From: Escherichia coli
GTDB taxonomy: Bacteria > Pseudomonadota > Gammaproteobacteria > Enterobacterales > Enterobacteriaceae
Reading direction: 5' to 3' (one strand)
Length of the DNA: 64,000 nucleotides
NCBI RefSeq assembly: GCF_030013595.1
Contig: NZ_CP122768.1
Shown one piece after another: positions 61,817 to 64,000 of the stretch (within the stretch, counting starts at the first letter, position 1; each line of letters starts with the position of its first letter). The notes beneath the pieces are model-generated. The model did no database searches, was not told the origin of the DNA, and saw only the letters and a program-made list of their open reading frames with translations. Made by a program: the position numbers and the translations under genes.

Positions 61817-64000
61817 GCGGCAGACCCCTTATTCTTCTCCTGCAACACCACCCGTCGCGTCGTGGGTTCGCTCTGTTCACGCAAAATGGCCTCTTTCGCT
61901 CCATCCATCACAATCCGCCCCTGATCCATCACGATGATCCTGTCCACCAGTTGCAGCATCGCCGTGCGGTGAGTAGCGATGACCAGCGTGCGATGCCCAA
62001 CCCATTGTTTTAGTTGTTCAATTAAATACGCTTCTGCCATTTCGTCCAGCGAGGCGCTGGGTTCATCGAGCAGCACGATATTGGGTTGAGAGATGAGTAG
62101 CCGCGCCAGCAGCAGCGTTTGCCGCTGACCGCCAGAAAGACCAAATCCCCCTTCCTGAATCATGTAGTTGAGGCCGTTTTTCTGCTTCTGCACAAAGGGC
62201 AGCGCCCCGCTGAGCGTTAACGCGCGTTCGATATCTTCATCGCTGGCTTCCGGCATCCCCATGGTGAGGTTTTCCCGCAGTGAACCGAAAAATAGTCGCC
62301 CGGTCTGGCTGAGTAGCCCCATGTCGCGGCGCAGATCCGCCGGATCAAGCTGACCGATGCTGATGTTATCCAGCAGCACCTGCCCCTGCTGGGCGATACG
62401 CATTCCGGCGAGCATTTGCAGTAGCGTTGATTTACCCGCGCCGTTGCGCCCAAGAATGGCGATTTTCTCTCCGGCCTGAATGTTGAGTTTGCCAATCGCC
62501 ACATCGGCAATTTTCTCTTCTTCGTCGTAATAAAAGATAGCGTTGCTGAACTGATAATTGCCGTGCAGTACCGCTTTATGCACCAGCTTGCCGTGTTCCG
62601 GCTGATCCACCGGGCGCTTCATCAGTTCATCAAGGCCGTTGCGTGCCACTTTCGCCTGCTGCCAGCGCGAGAGTACGCCGGAAATCTGCGACAGCGGCGC
62701 AATAGTACGCGAAGCCAGGATCGTCGTTCCCACCAGTGCGCCGGTGGTCATGTCGCCGTTCATCACCATAAAGCAGCCCACCAACAGCACCACGACGTAG
62801 ACGATGGATTGCACTTCCTGAGTCCAGGTGAGCAGTAGCCCGGTGAGAAAACGTTGCTTCATACTGATGGACGAGGCCACGTCGTTGGTGTGGTTCCACT
62901 GATTCTGAAAACGCTGTTCAGCACGCAGCAGTTTAATATCTTCAATCGACTGCACGGCTTCCACCAGCGTAGCGTTGCGTACCGCTGACTCGCGCATTCC
63001 TTCGTTCGCCAGCCGCGCCAGCGGGCGTTGCACCAGCAGGCCAGGGATCACTAATAACGGCAGTGCCAGCAAAACCACCAGCACCAGCCAACCGCCGATC
63101 ATCCACAAAATAAAGACAAACAGCAGGAAGAACGGCAGATCCGCCACTGCACCAATGGTGGTGGAGGTGATCAGCTCCCGCACCGATTCCAGTTCGCGGA
63201 TCTGCGAGATAAACGATCCGGTGGATTTCGATCGCACGTTATTTTTCAGCCGTAATGCGTGACCAAAAACGCGATCCGAAATGCGCAGATCCGCCCGCTT
63301 GCCGATCACATCCGAAAGATGTGTGCGCACCATACGCATACAGAATTCAAACAGGATCGCCATCATCACCCCGGCGAACAGCACCCACAGCGTCGGGTAG
63401 GACTGCGCCGGAACCACCCGGTCGTAAACCTGCATCGAGAAAATCATCGCCGCCAGCGCCAGCACGTTCGCCACCAGTGACGCCAGCATAATATCGCCAT
63501 AGCGCCGCCAGTCTTTTAGCGAGAGATTCCAGAACCAGTTCGCCTGATACGGGCGAATGTAGTCATCCACCCGCGCGTCAGGGATTGCGCTGAGCGGGCG
63601 CAGTAGCGCCAGTTCAACGATTTTATCCTCAACATCCGCGACGTTAAGCGTAGTTTCCAGCCCTTCGTCACCGCTGAACTGAATGCTGATATTGTCGTGA
63701 TTGTCACGGCGGGTGATTTGCGCCAGCGTGGTCGGAATAGAGGTATCGACCGTCAGGACAAAATCACTGGAGGAGGTGATATTCCCCGCCAAATCCACCA
63801 CTCGCGCGCTGTAGGTGTAGGCACCGCTGACCAGCCCGCTGTCGCTGTAGGTCCAGTTCAGCGCGCCGACCATCGTCACCGCGCCTAACAGCAGGCCGTT
63901 GCGGTAGAGGTAAACCACTTCACCGCTGGCAAGCGGCGCGGAGAGCACGCCGTTCAGCAATGGCGTAGTGTCGTCGGTGGCCTGCGAACTGCTTAATGTC
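61813..64000 (-). CDS. Type I secretion ABC transporter (HlyB/PrtD-like) with in-frame N-terminal Ig-like (Big) adhesin-type repeat; ORF open at window end, 5' partial
   Basis: TMD then NBD with Walker A GRNGAGKST, signature LSGGQRQ, Walker B VLLDEPSASLD; frame has no stop through 64000; ORF track start at 63960 is a TTG. Confidence 0.85.
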   Translation of the reverse strand, partial: TLSSSQATDDTTPLLNGVLSAPLASGEVVYLYRNGLLLGAVTMVGALNWTYSDSGLVSGAYTYSARVVDLAGNITSSSDFVLTVDTSIPTTLAQITRRDNHDNISIQFSGDEGLETTLNVADVEDKIVELALLRPLSAIPDARVDDYIRPYQANWFWNLSLKDWRRYGDIMLASLVANVLALAAMIFSMQVYDRVVPAQSYPTLWVLFAGVMMAILFEFCMRMVRTHLSDVIGKRADLRISDRVFGHALRLKNNVRSKSTGSFISQIRELESVRELITSTTIGAVADLPFFLLFVFILWMIGGWLVLVVLLALPLLVIPGLLVQRPLARLANEGMRESAVRNATLVEAVQSIEDIKLLRAEQRFQNQWNHTNDVASSISMKQRFLTGLLLTWTQEVQSIVYVVVLLVGCFMVMNGDMTTGALVGTTILASRTIAPLSQISGVLSRWQQAKVARNGLDELMKRPVDQPEHGKLVHKAVLHGNYQFSNAIFYYDEEEKIADVAIGKLNIQAGEKIAILGRNGAGKSTLLQMLAGMRIAQQGQVLLDNISIGQLDPADLRRDMGLLSQTGRLFFGSLRENLTMGMPEASDEDIERALTLSGALPFVQKQKNGLNYMIQEGGFGLSGGQRQTLLLARLLISQPNIVLLDEPSASLDEMAEAYLIEQLKQWVGHRTLVIATHRTAMLQLVDRIIVMDQGRIVMDGAKEAILREQSEPTTRRVVLQEKNKGSAA

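Overview
This window reads as Escherichia coli chromosome, in the opposite orientation to the K-12 map, covering the argU-linked prophage through the sfm fimbrial operon, folD-cysS-ppiB-lpxH-purEK, the allantoin/glyoxylate regulon, mnmH, ybbP-ybbA-tesA-ybbO-cnoX-fetBA-qmcA-ybbJ and cueR. Gene identities are from my recall of the K-12 proteins, not from a database search. Positions 1-14113 are the left ~14 kb of a mosaic lambdoid prophage integrated at tRNA-Arg argU: partial holin, intact nmpC porin, Q antiterminator, nin-region genes, an iteron-bearing replication gene, a cI/cro immunity region, a yfdPQRST-like early-left operon, xis and int. Four things stand out against K-12. (1) An oppositely oriented coiled-coil/zinc-ribbon gene with its own terminator sits between the prophage repressor and the early-left operon, next to a GC-rich structured non-coding element. 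(2) glxR carries an in-frame amber codon that removes the last 33 residues. (3) The rhsD element is absent between mnmH and ybbP, replaced by a ~450 bp repeat-flanked cassette encoding a 27-aa amphipathic peptide behind an SD-sequestering hairpin. (4) cueR is flanked by two strain-specific islands: a short trimeric-autotransporter operon with a divergent regulator, and a type I secretion HlyD/ABC pair whose ABC reading frame continues, without a start codon, into an adhesin-type Ig-like repeat that runs off the window. No CRISPR array, rRNA or IS element was found.
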